Source of the DNA: Candidatus Nomurabacteria bacterium RIFCSPLOWO2_01_FULL_39_18
Lineage (GTDB): Bacteria > Patescibacteriota > Minisyncoccia > Phycocordibacterales > UBA9973
Direction of reading: 5' to 3'
NCBI GenBank assembly: GCA_001787005.1
Contig: MFUV01000006.1
Location: 16,197-80,196 of the forward strand
DNA: 64,000 bases
Below, in pieces: positions 55,804 through 64,000 of this stretch. Both the position numbers and the translations under genes were made by a program. Under the pieces are notes generated by a model that made no database searches, was not told the origin of the DNA, and saw only the letters and a list, made by a program, of their open reading frames with translations. How positions within the stretch are numbered: position 1 is the stretch's first letter; every line of letters begins with the position of its first letter.

Positions 55804-57120
55804 ATGCAAAATCGGATATTATCAAGTGGAATAAAGAACCATATTGGGAAAGAAGTCTTAATGCAAGGGTGGCTTCATAAGAAGCGCCTGCTGGGCGGGC
55901 TTGTCTTTATTTTATTGCGTGATCGCGGGGGAGTCACGCAGGTTTTAATAGAAGACAAAGATGAAGCGCAAAAATTGGATGGACTTCAGCTAGGAACGGT
56001 CTTGGAAATTACGGGTACCGTGGTGGCCGAGGAGCGAGCCCCAGAAGGTACAGAAATTCACAGTCCAAAGATTACGATAATGCTGCCCGTAACGGAAACT
56101 TCTCCCATTGAGATTGATAAACCATTAAGTCATAAATCTGAAAATTTAGACACGCTTTTTGAATACAGAGTCGTAGGAGTGCGAAATATTAATGAGGGAA
56201 AAGTTTTTAAAATCAGAAGCGCTCTCAATCGTTACATCAGGGAATTCTTGCATAAAAACGAATTCGTGGAAATCCAAACGCCAAAAATTCTTGCGGGTGC
56301 CACAGAGGGCGGAGCAGAAGTTTTTAAGTTTGATTATTTTGGTAAAGAAGCAACTCTGGCGCAGAGTCCGCAATTTTATAAACAGATTATGGTCGGTGCT
56401 TTTGAGCGAGTCTTTGAAATAGGTCCAACATTCCGCGCAGAACCCAGCACCACCTCGAGGCATGTGAGCGAGATTACGATGCTTGATATTGAAATGGGTT
56501 TTATCGAGTCGCATGACGATGTTTTAAAAATGACGGAAAATTTGGTTTTTAATGTTTTGAATAGAGTTTATGAAGAACATGCCGAAGAGCTAAAAAGCCT
56601 GAATGCTCCAGAATTAGTGTTGAAGGCATCTTTTCCGAGATATACTCTCAAAACAATACATGAAATGTACACCAAGGCGACAGGCATTAACACCGTTGGC
56701 GAGAAGGATATGCGTCCAGAGGAAGAAAAATGGATTTGTGATTATTCAAAAAAAGAAAATGAATGCGAAGCAATTTTCGTTACCGAATTTCCGGTGGAGA
56801 GTATGAAATTCTATCACATGATTAATCCTAAAGATCCTACAACTGTTTGTTGGGCGGATCTTCTTTTCAGGGGACTCGAAATCGCTACATGTCCAATGCG
56901 AGAACATCATTATGATAAGCTTGTTGTTCAAATGAAGAAAGCAGGGATTGACCCAGAACATCCGGGATATAAATATTATTTGCAAGCCTTTAAATTTGGT
57001 TTGCCCCCGCATGGAGGATTTGGTTTCGGCATAGATCGTTTAGTGGAAAAGACGATTGGCCTTGAGAATGTAAAAGAAGCGATTCTTTTCCCGAGAGACA
57101 TGAATAGGCTTACTCCGTAG
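55804..57120 (+). CDS. aspS: Aspartyl-tRNA synthetase, archaeal/short type (possibly non-discriminating).
   Basis: There is an OB anticodon-binding domain. QSPQFYKQIMVGAFERVFEIGPTFRAE (motif 2 region) and GFGIDRLVEKTIG...FPRDMNRLTP (motif 3) are present. It is 438 aa. Confidence 0.6.
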   Translation: MQNRILSSGIKNHIGKEVLMQGWLHKKRLLGGLVFILLRDRGGVTQVLIEDKDEAQKLDGLQLGTVLEITGTVVAEERAPEGTEIHSPKITIMLPVTETSPIEIDKPLSHKSENLDTLFEYRVVGVRNINEGKVFKIRSALNRYIREFLHKNEFVEIQTPKILAGATEGGAEVFKFDYFGKEATLAQSPQFYKQIMVGAFERVFEIGPTFRAEPSTTSRHVSEITMLDIEMGFIESHDDVLKMTENLVFNVLNRVYEEHAEELKSLNAPELVLKASFPRYTLKTIHEMYTKATGINTVGEKDMRPEEEKWICDYSKKENECEAIFVTEFPVESMKFYHMINPKDPTTVCWADLLFRGLEIATCPMREHHYDKLVVQMKKAGIDPEHPGYKYYLQAFKFGLPPHGGFGFGIDRLVEKTIGLENVKEAILFPRDMNRLTP

Positions 57121-57128
57121 TTTTTAAA

Positions 57129-57467
57129 ATGAACTATAAAATTTCCGGCAAGGTAGTAAGAGGCGACGGATATGGAAAAAAGTTGGGGTTTCCTACTGTG
57201 AATTTAGAAACCAAGCAACAAAAGACAAAAGAATTTCCCAAAGATGGAGTGCATGCTGGAGTGGCAGTTTTGGATGGTAGGGAATATAGGGCGGGAATTG
57301 TTATTGGCCCCAAGGGTAAGGTTGAAGCGCATTTGATAGGGTACAGCGGAGATGCATACGGGAAAGAAGTAACTCTCCAAGTGGGTGAATTCATAAGAGA
57401 ATATAAAAAATTTAATACTGAAGAAGAATTGATTGAACAAATAGGGAAAGACCTAGAAAAGTGCTAG
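57129..57467 (+). CDS. Riboflavin kinase (monofunctional, RibF C-terminal-like).
   Basis: GKVVRGDGYGKKLGFPTVNLE...GVHAGVAV...EAHLIGYSGDAYGKEVTLQVGEFIREYKKFNTEEEL. Confidence 0.55.
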   Translation: MNYKISGKVVRGDGYGKKLGFPTVNLETKQQKTKEFPKDGVHAGVAVLDGREYRAGIVIGPKGKVEAHLIGYSGDAYGKEVTLQVGEFIREYKKFNTEEELIEQIGKDLEKC

Positions 57468-57477
57468 ACTTAAAAAT

Positions 57478-58401
57478 ATGCAAAATTCTACCGGTCCCAT
57501 TTTAATTATTATTGCGGCGTTTCTCTGGGCTTTCGACGGGCTGATTCGTCAGCACTTATACACGTTGCCGCCGATTACGATTATTTTCTTTGAACATTTA
57601 ATAGGGCTTATAATTTTATCTCCATTTATTTTTAAATATGTACGGGAGACAAAGCTAGAAAAAAGAGAATGGTGGCTTCTTGTCCTGGTGGCAGTTTTAA
57701 GCGGACTTCTGGGTACACTCTGGTTTACCACAGCGCTCGGTAAGGTGCACTTCATTTCTATTTCAGTTGTGTTTCTTTTGCAAAAGCTTCAGCCGATCTT
57801 TGCCATCACCACTGCACGTATTTTCTTGAAAGAAAAACTAGACAGTCGCTACATCAAATGGGCTCTGCTCGCTCTTGTTTCAGCTTATTTTGTGACTTTC
57901 CCCAACGGCGTGGTCAATTTTGAGACAGGCGAAGGCACAATCATCGCCGCCTTATATGCGCTTGGCGCCGCTTTTGCCTGGGGGTCATCCACCACATTTT
58001 CTAAAATGCTTTTGGGACGTGTTCGCGCAGAAGTTAGTACATTTTACAGATTTTTGTTTACCATAATAGTGTCCCTGCCAGTCCTTTTTATTTTTGGACG
58101 TGTGTATATTTCAGGGTTTGAAAAGGGTACTGCGCTTGCCATACCCACAATGCCTCAATTTGGATTCTTGGCGTTAATTGCTCTATCTACCGGGATGGTT
58201 GCGTTACTTATTTATTATAAAGGACTTGCCAGAACGCCAGTACACATTTCCACAATTTTGGAATTGACCTTTCCGTTTGTTGCTATTTTACTAGATTTTA
58301 TCGTTAACCATACAGTGCTAACTCCACTACAATGGATCTCTGCGCTGGCGCTTGTCTTTAGTATTTATCAGATTGCGAAGTTAAGAGAAAGTATTACATA
58401 A
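57478..58401 (+). CDS. DMT/EamA-family transporter.
   Basis: About 10 TM helices in two EamA-like repeats. Confidence 0.45.
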   Translation: MQNSTGPILIIIAAFLWAFDGLIRQHLYTLPPITIIFFEHLIGLIILSPFIFKYVRETKLEKREWWLLVLVAVLSGLLGTLWFTTALGKVHFISISVVFLLQKLQPIFAITTARIFLKEKLDSRYIKWALLALVSAYFVTFPNGVVNFETGEGTIIAALYALGAAFAWGSSTTFSKMLLGRVRAEVSTFYRFLFTIIVSLPVLFIFGRVYISGFEKGTALAIPTMPQFGFLALIALSTGMVALLIYYKGLARTPVHISTILELTFPFVAILLDFIVNHTVLTPLQWISALALVFSIYQIAKLRESIT

Positions 58402-58435
58402 TGTATTATATAATAAGTTATATAATAAAATTAAA

Positions 58436-58777
58436 ATGATATACAATGATTTATTAAAAAAAACTTGCATTTCGTGCGAAGGGAAGGGGATTAAGCCTTT
58501 CGATCGTAGGCAAGCAGAAGAATATATGGCCCAAGTCACGGGCTGGACTTTGAGCGAAGACATTAAAAAGATCTCTAGAGAGTATAAATTCAAAGATTTT
58601 ATCGGCGCAATGAATTTCGTCAACAACGTGGCTGACATCGCGGAGTCAGAAGGGCACCATCCAGACATACATGTGCACTACAATAAAGTTCTGCTCGAAC
58701 TCTGGACCCACGCCATCGGCGGACTCTCCGAGAACGACTTCATCGTTGCCGCTAAAATGGATGCGATGAAACAGTAA
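58436..58777 (+). CDS. Pterin-4a-carbinolamine dehydratase (PCD/DCoH).
   Basis: EGHHPDIHVHYNKVLLELWTHAIGGLSENDFIVAAKMD. Confidence 0.75.
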   Translation: MIYNDLLKKTCISCEGKGIKPFDRRQAEEYMAQVTGWTLSEDIKKISREYKFKDFIGAMNFVNNVADIAESEGHHPDIHVHYNKVLLELWTHAIGGLSENDFIVAAKMDAMKQ

Positions 58778-58782
58778 TTTGT

Positions 58783-59406
58783 ATGAAATTTTACCTGTCT
58801 TCTTATAAACTGGGGAATGAAACTGAGAAATTAAAAAACTTAATTCCAAATAAAAAAATTGGGTATATTCCCAATGCACGAGATTTTTCTGGAACAGATC
58901 CAGAGAAAAAGAGAGAAAGAACAGAAAGGGACGTTACCCTGTTAGCTGAATTAGGAATAAAAGCTGAGGTAATTGATCTAAAAAATTATTTTAATAAGAA
59001 AGATAAACTACAGAAAAAGCTCGAAGAGTTAGGAGCTATATTTATCAGCGGCGGGAATGTTTTTGTGTTGCGTCAAGCCATGAAGTTGAGCGGTCTCGAT
59101 GAAATTCTCACGGAATTCAGAAATAATAATCAAGATTTTCTTTACGCTGGTTATAGTGCCGGTGGTTGTGTTTTGTCGCCCAATCTTAGAGCATATGCAA
59201 TCGTAGATGATGCGACAGATATACCCTATGAAGAATTGAAAGAAGTTATCTGGGAAGGTTTGGGTTTTATTGATTTTGCTTTTATGCCCCACTTTAATTC
59301 TGACCACCCTGAATCTGCAAAAATTGGTGAAGAAATCGAATTTTGCCAGAAAAATAATATACCATACAAAGCCATCAAGGATGGGGGAGTGGTTATTATT
59401 GAATAG
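58783..59406 (+). CDS. Peptidase S51 (PepE-like) / class-I glutamine amidotransferase-like protein.
   Basis: IGYIPNA, FISGGNVFVL and YAGYSAGGCV are present. Confidence 0.55.
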   Translation: MKFYLSSYKLGNETEKLKNLIPNKKIGYIPNARDFSGTDPEKKRERTERDVTLLAELGIKAEVIDLKNYFNKKDKLQKKLEELGAIFISGGNVFVLRQAMKLSGLDEILTEFRNNNQDFLYAGYSAGGCVLSPNLRAYAIVDDATDIPYEELKEVIWEGLGFIDFAFMPHFNSDHPESAKIGEEIEFCQKNNIPYKAIKDGGVVIIE

Positions 59407-59429
59407 GGGAAACAAGCGAATTTTTCTTA

Positions 59430-60545
59430 TTAAATATTCCCTATAAATTTCTTAAACACTTGTTTTGTGTCTTTTATAGATTGAAGACTAACCCATTCAT
59501 CTGCTCCGTGATTACCTTCTCCGTAGGGACCAAAGTTAAAAAATGGTATACCTGTTTTTGCGCTTATCATTGCCACGTCATTGTAGCCACTAAGCCCAGG
59601 ATCCGATAATTCAATTTCAAACCCTACTTGTTTAGCAGATTCTAAAAATAGTTTCAAATCTTTTTCTCCGGTCATTACACTAGGAGATCTCAACTGTTGT
59701 ACATTTACAGAGAAGCTTAATTTATGTGTTTTTTTGATTTCGTTCTCAAATAAAGTTTTTAATTTCTGCCTTGATATATTTTTCGATAAACGAACAGAAA
59801 AAATAGCTTCCGTGTAATCTGGAACAGAATTATTTTGTGTTTGAATCTTACCATTAACCAATACACCAAGATTCATAGATACCAGAGTAGCCGAAGTTTT
59901 TCCTAATCTTGTTTCAATAGATTGCAAATTATCTTTTAATTTTTTGTACACATCAAAAAGCACCTCGCCTGCGTTTATGCCTTGCTGTGATCTGGAAGCA
60001 TGCGCTCTCTTTCCATAGATAATTACTTTTACTTTCGCACATCCGCGGCATCCGTAGCCAAGCTTAAAACTAGACTCTGGACTTACAAAATATCTGACAG
60101 ATTTTGGTATTCTACTGCTGTTTTTTACCATAACCTCCATTCCTTTTTGTCCATGCTCCTCATCACAGTAAAATAAAAAACCAACTTTATCTTGAAGCCT
60201 TTTCGGTAGCTCCAAAGCAGCAAAAATAGCAGACACAGTTCCACCTTTCATGTCTTTTGTACCTAGCCCATATAATTTATTTTCCTTTGTTATTATTTTT
60301 GTATGATTCTTTTTACTTGGCAAAACTGTATCTAAATGACAGCAGAAAATAATCTTTGGTTTCTTTGGAATTATCAATAAATTTTCTCTTCCACGTTCAA
60401 TTTGAATCTTTTTTATTTTATATTTTTTAAAATTCTTCCGAAAAAATTTCTGAATAAAATCACAATACCTCCGCTCTGAAGAACCCCTTTTCTTATCGAG
60501 GTAACTTGGAATTTCTATAAGTTTTTTTAATAATTCTTTTTCCAT
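59430..60545 (-). CDS. M20-family metallopeptidase (ArgE/DapE-like).
   Basis: LIEIPSY, CCHLDTV (HxDTV) and a dimerisation domain are present. Confidence 0.6.
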   Translation of the reverse strand: MEKELLKKLIEIPSYLDKKRGSSERRYCDFIQKFFRKNFKKYKIKKIQIERGRENLLIIPKKPKIIFCCHLDTVLPSKKNHTKIITKENKLYGLGTKDMKGGTVSAIFAALELPKRLQDKVGFLFYCDEEHGQKGMEVMVKNSSRIPKSVRYFVSPESSFKLGYGCRGCAKVKVIIYGKRAHASRSQQGINAGEVLFDVYKKLKDNLQSIETRLGKTSATLVSMNLGVLVNGKIQTQNNSVPDYTEAIFSVRLSKNISRQKLKTLFENEIKKTHKLSFSVNVQQLRSPSVMTGEKDLKLFLESAKQVGFEIELSDPGLSGYNDVAMISAKTGIPFFNFGPYGEGNHGADEWVSLQSIKDTKQVFKKFIGNI

Positions 60546-60616
60546 AATTTTTATATTATATATTAAAATTCCCCAGGCCGCCCATCATCGACAGACGGCC
60601 TCAGGAATTGATCACC

Positions 60617-61930
60617 CTACAGAACAAGGTAGGATATCTTGGCATGGGTTCCCCCATGCGAAAGGAGTTGCTCTGCCGGCACTCGGGTCACTTCGGACCC
60701 GTAGTGCTCGCCTTTGTTCGGGCCCAGGTAACTCGATACGCGAACCCGCTCTCCGTCGATGAGGCATGGCAGAGCGGGTTGGAGGAGGAAATAGGTGGGA
60801 AGGCTGAGTTTACTGTAAACAGCCTTGTAAACCTCCTTTTGCTTGAAGCCTGAGAAGGTAACCTGGCGGCAACCTGACGTCGCCAGGCACTTGAGGAAGA
60901 CCCTCTCCGAAGGAGATCCCCACCTAGAGGATATGAAATCCTCGAAGCTTACCCATTGGATCTGACCCCGACTAAAGCCAAGGCCGACCTCCAAGGAGCC
61001 CTCGTGCAACCTCACGAGATAGGTTGCCACGCAGTTTGCACGATGAAGGGCAACATCTGCGTTAAATCCGAAGAACTCTGGAAGGCCTGTGATGTTCAAC
61101 AGGGCATTCCAAACCTGGGATTCAAAAAGACGAATACCAGGAGCGCCAACGGTCGCCCTTCCTCCCCTGATCTCCTTCCTTGAGAGCCGAACAACGTTGT
61201 CGGCGCCCGAGAATTCGTCGGAGAAGGCGAAGCTTGCTCGCACTCGATCGGTGAGCCACCGGAGCGAATGGGCAGAGCCGTGAGCACGGTCGCTCACCCA
61301 AGTCGGAGAGAACTCGGTGAGTTTTTCCAAGTAAGGCTCTTGGGTTTTCAACCCGAGAAGCTCTTGGGCCGCAACCATTGGCGTAACGCCGTAGGGCATC
61401 ACATTCGGGTCGATGATAACCAGACGGTTTTCAGCAGTCAAGCCAAAATCGATCCTGGTGACATGCGGGCTAGGAAAATACTCTTGCCCTGCCGTAAACC
61501 ATTCAATCTCCGATCTTTTGCGGGTTCCCCATCCGCTAGTTTCCGGGGCAGAGTTTCCTGAAGCGAAGTATTCTTCTGGAAAAAACTGGGAGACGAAGGT
61601 TCTGCCTTCTGGCTTCGACATTATTCCATTCACAAACTTCTTCCACTGTTTCCAAGTAGAAGAAATTTGTCCCAGTGCCACCTTACTCAAGAAATACTTC
61701 GACCCTGGAAGGGTGGGGTTAACATCGTCCACCGGAAAAGGAAGAAATTCTTCTCCTTTTCGGAAACTTATCCTAAGCCGAAACAGCTCTTCAGAAATTC
61801 TCACCATCTTCTCCTTTTCAAGAACAATTCCACACCTCAATATTTCGAGGCTGGTGGATATGTTCTTTCTTAAAAAATAAAAAGCATAATCAACAACCCC
61901 CAAATATTTTCTGGATTGTAGTGATGCCAA
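60617..61930 (-). CDS. Hypothetical protein in a GC-rich (~50% GC) islet; a faint resemblance to a circularly permuted ATP-grasp, low confidence.
   Basis: It is a 437-aa ORF with composition unlike its neighbours. A GC-rich hairpin (ggccg...cggcc) sits 3' of it at 60560-60585. Confidence 0.4.
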   Translation of the reverse strand: MASLQSRKYLGVVDYAFYFLRKNISTSLEILRCGIVLEKEKMVRISEELFRLRISFRKGEEFLPFPVDDVNPTLPGSKYFLSKVALGQISSTWKQWKKFVNGIMSKPEGRTFVSQFFPEEYFASGNSAPETSGWGTRKRSEIEWFTAGQEYFPSPHVTRIDFGLTAENRLVIIDPNVMPYGVTPMVAAQELLGLKTQEPYLEKLTEFSPTWVSDRAHGSAHSLRWLTDRVRASFAFSDEFSGADNVVRLSRKEIRGGRATVGAPGIRLFESQVWNALLNITGLPEFFGFNADVALHRANCVATYLVRLHEGSLEVGLGFSRGQIQWVSFEDFISSRWGSPSERVFLKCLATSGCRQVTFSGFKQKEVYKAVYSKLSLPTYFLLQPALPCLIDGERVRVSSYLGPNKGEHYGSEVTRVPAEQLLSHGGTHAKISYLVL

Positions 61931-61998
61931 TAATAATTAAATTTTAATTTTTGGTTATTCATATAATTTTAAAATTTCCCTTAATTCTTATGAAATTT

Positions 61999-62544
61999 TC
62001 ATAATTTTTTGTAAATTAATTTCAGAGCTTTCTTCACAGCTTCTTTTGGCGTTTTTGCTTTCCCAATTTTAATTCTTTTTCTTTCATCAAGATATGTACC
62101 CGACAATTTTTTACTCCAACCACCTGTATTGTACAAAGAAATAATGGGTATATTTGCCTGATAAGCAATTGCCATTTCTGTCAGTGTTCCGGAACCTCCT
62201 CCTATAGTAATTATAGCGTCACAACTTAAAACGAGAGTAAGTTCTCTTCCGCCACCACGCTCAAGTCCGTTTGCAATAATCACATCAACATTTTTCTTTT
62301 CAAAAATGTTCAAACCCTTACCATAAGTTATGCCAACAGTAAGGCCCCCGGCTTTTTTGGCTCCGCGACAAGCGGCAGTTGAAAGGGAATCAAAATCTTT
62401 TTCTGCGCCGAAAATTAGGGTCGCTTGGTTTTCAGCAATCTGATATCCAAGTTCTTCCGCGATTTTCTTAATTTTTTTTGAGTATTTTAAATCAGCGGTA
62501 GAACCCATTACTCCTATTTGTATTTTTCTTGATAATTTTTTCAT
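61999..62544 (-). CDS. LOG-family / TIGR00725 Rossmann-fold protein (cytokinin-riboside-phosphohydrolase-like).
   Basis: IQIGVMGS...ITIGGGSGTLTEMAIAYQANIPIISL. Confidence 0.55.
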   Translation of the reverse strand: MKKLSRKIQIGVMGSTADLKYSKKIKKIAEELGYQIAENQATLIFGAEKDFDSLSTAACRGAKKAGGLTVGITYGKGLNIFEKKNVDVIIANGLERGGGRELTLVLSCDAIITIGGGSGTLTEMAIAYQANIPIISLYNTGGWSKKLSGTYLDERKRIKIGKAKTPKEAVKKALKLIYKKL

Positions 62545-62895
62545 ATTTTTATTAGATTAGGGGTAAAAAACAAAAAACCGTCCTTGTGGGGCGGCCGTTT
62601 GCTTAAATAGTGAAATTAATTAGCAAAAAGAAGACCGTCCCACTGGGCGGGTGTGATAGTTAACAGAAAATTTAATTAAAAAACCCATAGCTAGATAATA
62701 GCATAAAATATATATCTGTGTCAATCCGGTGTACAGTTACCCTTATGAGGTTACAGAAAAGGAAAATTGGGGTGACAAAGGGTAACCGTACACAGGGGTG
62801 TGCCAACACCTGACATATTACTTGTCGATGTACCTGAATTGTCTCCCTCATAACCTAAAAAGCTAATAATCGTAGGGACGTAATAGCTAAGGATT

Positions 62896-63840
62896 TTACC
62901 TCCACTCGAATCCTCTGCCGAAATGCCCATAGAGAGATGTGTCGGCAAATTTTACTTTGTCTAATTTTAAATATTCGCGGATTCCCTTCGGGCTTAAATC
63001 ATAGCCCGTAATTTCCTCTTCCCTGCCATCTACTACAGCCACAGCCATCACTGGCTCACTCTTGCCTATTGCATAGGCAAGCTTGGTGTGGACTTCCCTC
63101 GCACCTCGACTCCCTAAGAGCTCCACAGCAATTCGACGCGCCATATACGCCCCAGACCTGTCCACCTTGGTGCAGTCCTTGCCAGAAAATGAACCCCCGC
63201 CGATTGGTATTTCCGGTCCATAGTTGTCTATGACTAATTTTCTCCCCGACAAGCCCGTATCCGAATCAAATCCACCCACTGTCCATTCGCCAGCAGGATT
63301 TATCAAATATTCTTTTGCCTGTATCAAACTTTTTACCAATTTAAAAAGTTCATCATTTTTTGTATTTTGGAAGCTAGCAACGACTGTCGCTACTGCGCCA
63401 TCTTCTATCGTCACCTGCACCTTCCCGTCAAATGGATACACTGCATAAATATTTTTACAAAGGTCTCGCGCGAGAACATATTCAAGTGGTAAATATTCCG
63501 GAGTTTCGCTCGTCGCATATCCTTTCATAATTCCCTGATCTCCCGCGCCTCCAGCATCGACTCCCCTCGCAATTTCTGGACTTTGCGCCACAATATTAGA
63601 AATAATTTTAAAATTCCCATTCCCCTTGCCAACGATATTTTTAACCAGATTTTCTATATCAGGTTTAGCAAGAGATGTGACTTCGCCATTTATAGTAATT
63701 AAATTATGCCCGCCCATCACCTCGACTGCCACCCGGCTTTCAGGATCGCCCTCGAGATACGCATCTAAAATACTATCCGCAATAAAATCACAGATTTTAT
63801 CTGGATGTTTTGGACTCACGAATTCTGCTGTTTTTTTCAT
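62896..63840 (-). CDS. metK: S-adenosylmethionine synthetase, a short form.
   Basis: GHPDKICDFIADSILDA, GAGDQGIMKGYA and GGGSFSGKDCTKVDRSGAYMAR are present. It is 314 aa, against about 384 in E. coli. Confidence 0.85.
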   Translation of the reverse strand: MKKTAEFVSPKHPDKICDFIADSILDAYLEGDPESRVAVEVMGGHNLITINGEVTSLAKPDIENLVKNIVGKGNGNFKIISNIVAQSPEIARGVDAGGAGDQGIMKGYATSETPEYLPLEYVLARDLCKNIYAVYPFDGKVQVTIEDGAVATVVASFQNTKNDELFKLVKSLIQAKEYLINPAGEWTVGGFDSDTGLSGRKLVIDNYGPEIPIGGGSFSGKDCTKVDRSGAYMARRIAVELLGSRGAREVHTKLAYAIGKSEPVMAVAVVDGREEEITGYDLSPKGIREYLKLDKVKFADTSLYGHFGRGFEWR

Positions 63841-63879
63841 AAATTACTATTCGCCTATTCGCGCGAATTAGAGATATGT

Positions 63880-64000
63880 TTTATAAATAAAAAATCCTCA
63901 TAAAGAGGAAAGAGACGGACTATGTATCTTTCCCCAACTTAAACCAAGTTTGGGCTGGATTTGGCACCCGTTCGAGAATTTCTCAGGGTTGCCGGTGGGT
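63880..64000 (-). ncRNA. Partial SAM-I (S-box) riboswitch in the metK leader; the 5' part lies beyond the window end.
   Basis: The minus-strand RNA contains CACCGGCAACCC (SAM-I core CCCGGCAACC) and GGGUGCCAAAUCCAGC (core GGUGCYAAUUCCUGC). A CCUC-UUUAU-GAGG hairpin plus a U-run terminator (+63886-63908) follows, about 45 nt before the metK ATG. Confidence 0.5.

Noticed and set aside
60956-61880. Plus-strand ORFs opposite the 437-aa GC-rich gene.
   Set aside because: Same GC-driven ORF inflation; the long minus-strand frame is far more likely.
62700-62900. A tRNA, RNase P, SRP or tmRNA gene in the metK-LOG spacer.
   Set aside because: No acceptor/T-arm arrangement was found, and none of the conserved cores (GGUUCGAAUCC, RNase P P4, the SRP domain IV GGAA motif, a tmRNA tag ORF) is present.
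62751-62948. The 65-aa minus-strand ORF overlapping the metK stop and the structured spacer.
   Set aside because: It overlaps the metK 3' end and has no RBS or motifs; the region looks like structured RNA.

Overview
This window is a low-GC, compact, almost entirely plus-strand stretch of core genes that looks like a reduced-genome CPR/Patescibacteria-type bacterium. It holds a cysteine desulfurase, clpB, tRNA-Tyr, typA, mltG, mnmA, alaS, a VapBC pair, the infA-rpmJ-rpsM-rpsK-rpsD-rpoA-rplQ-rplM-rpsI ribosomal block, grpE/dnaK/dnaJ, cysS, rplU, recR, dnaB, trpS, an archaeal-type aspS and metK with a partial SAM-I riboswitch at the window edge.

Two things stand out:
- The canonical grpE-dnaK-dnaJ chaperone operon is split by two insertions (about 5.9 kb and 11 kb). 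Together they carry five paralogs of a large cysteine-rich protein bounded by CxxC zinc ribbons (one copy frameshifted), two paralogous FtsK/HerA/VirD4-like P-loop ATPases without transmembrane anchors, a fused permease-ATPase ABC exporter, a PaaX-like regulator, a LUD-domain protein and a GC-rich foreign islet. This is the best candidate for an undescribed system.
- The locus is saturated with small palindromic repeat families, several inserted in frame inside conserved genes:
  - a perfect 18-mer CCTGCCTGCGCAGGCAGG encoding LPAQAG in typA (twice), grpE and dnaK;
  - a 48-nt perfect hairpin in recR;
  - a roughly 70-nt REP-like element in the cysteine desulfurase and mnmA, plus two intergenic copies;
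  - a CAGATAGAGCTTTAGACTCTATCTG palindrome family around a truncated IS200-like RAYT;
  - a second, full RAYT with its own flanking palindromes;
  - a family of ATCCCG...CGGGAT(G) long hairpins that enclose start codons.

Other points: two GC-rich islets of likely foreign origin, a structured 350-nt spacer between metK and a LOG-family gene, and a conserved 32-nt motif upstream of typA and dnaJ. No rRNA or CRISPR array was seen.
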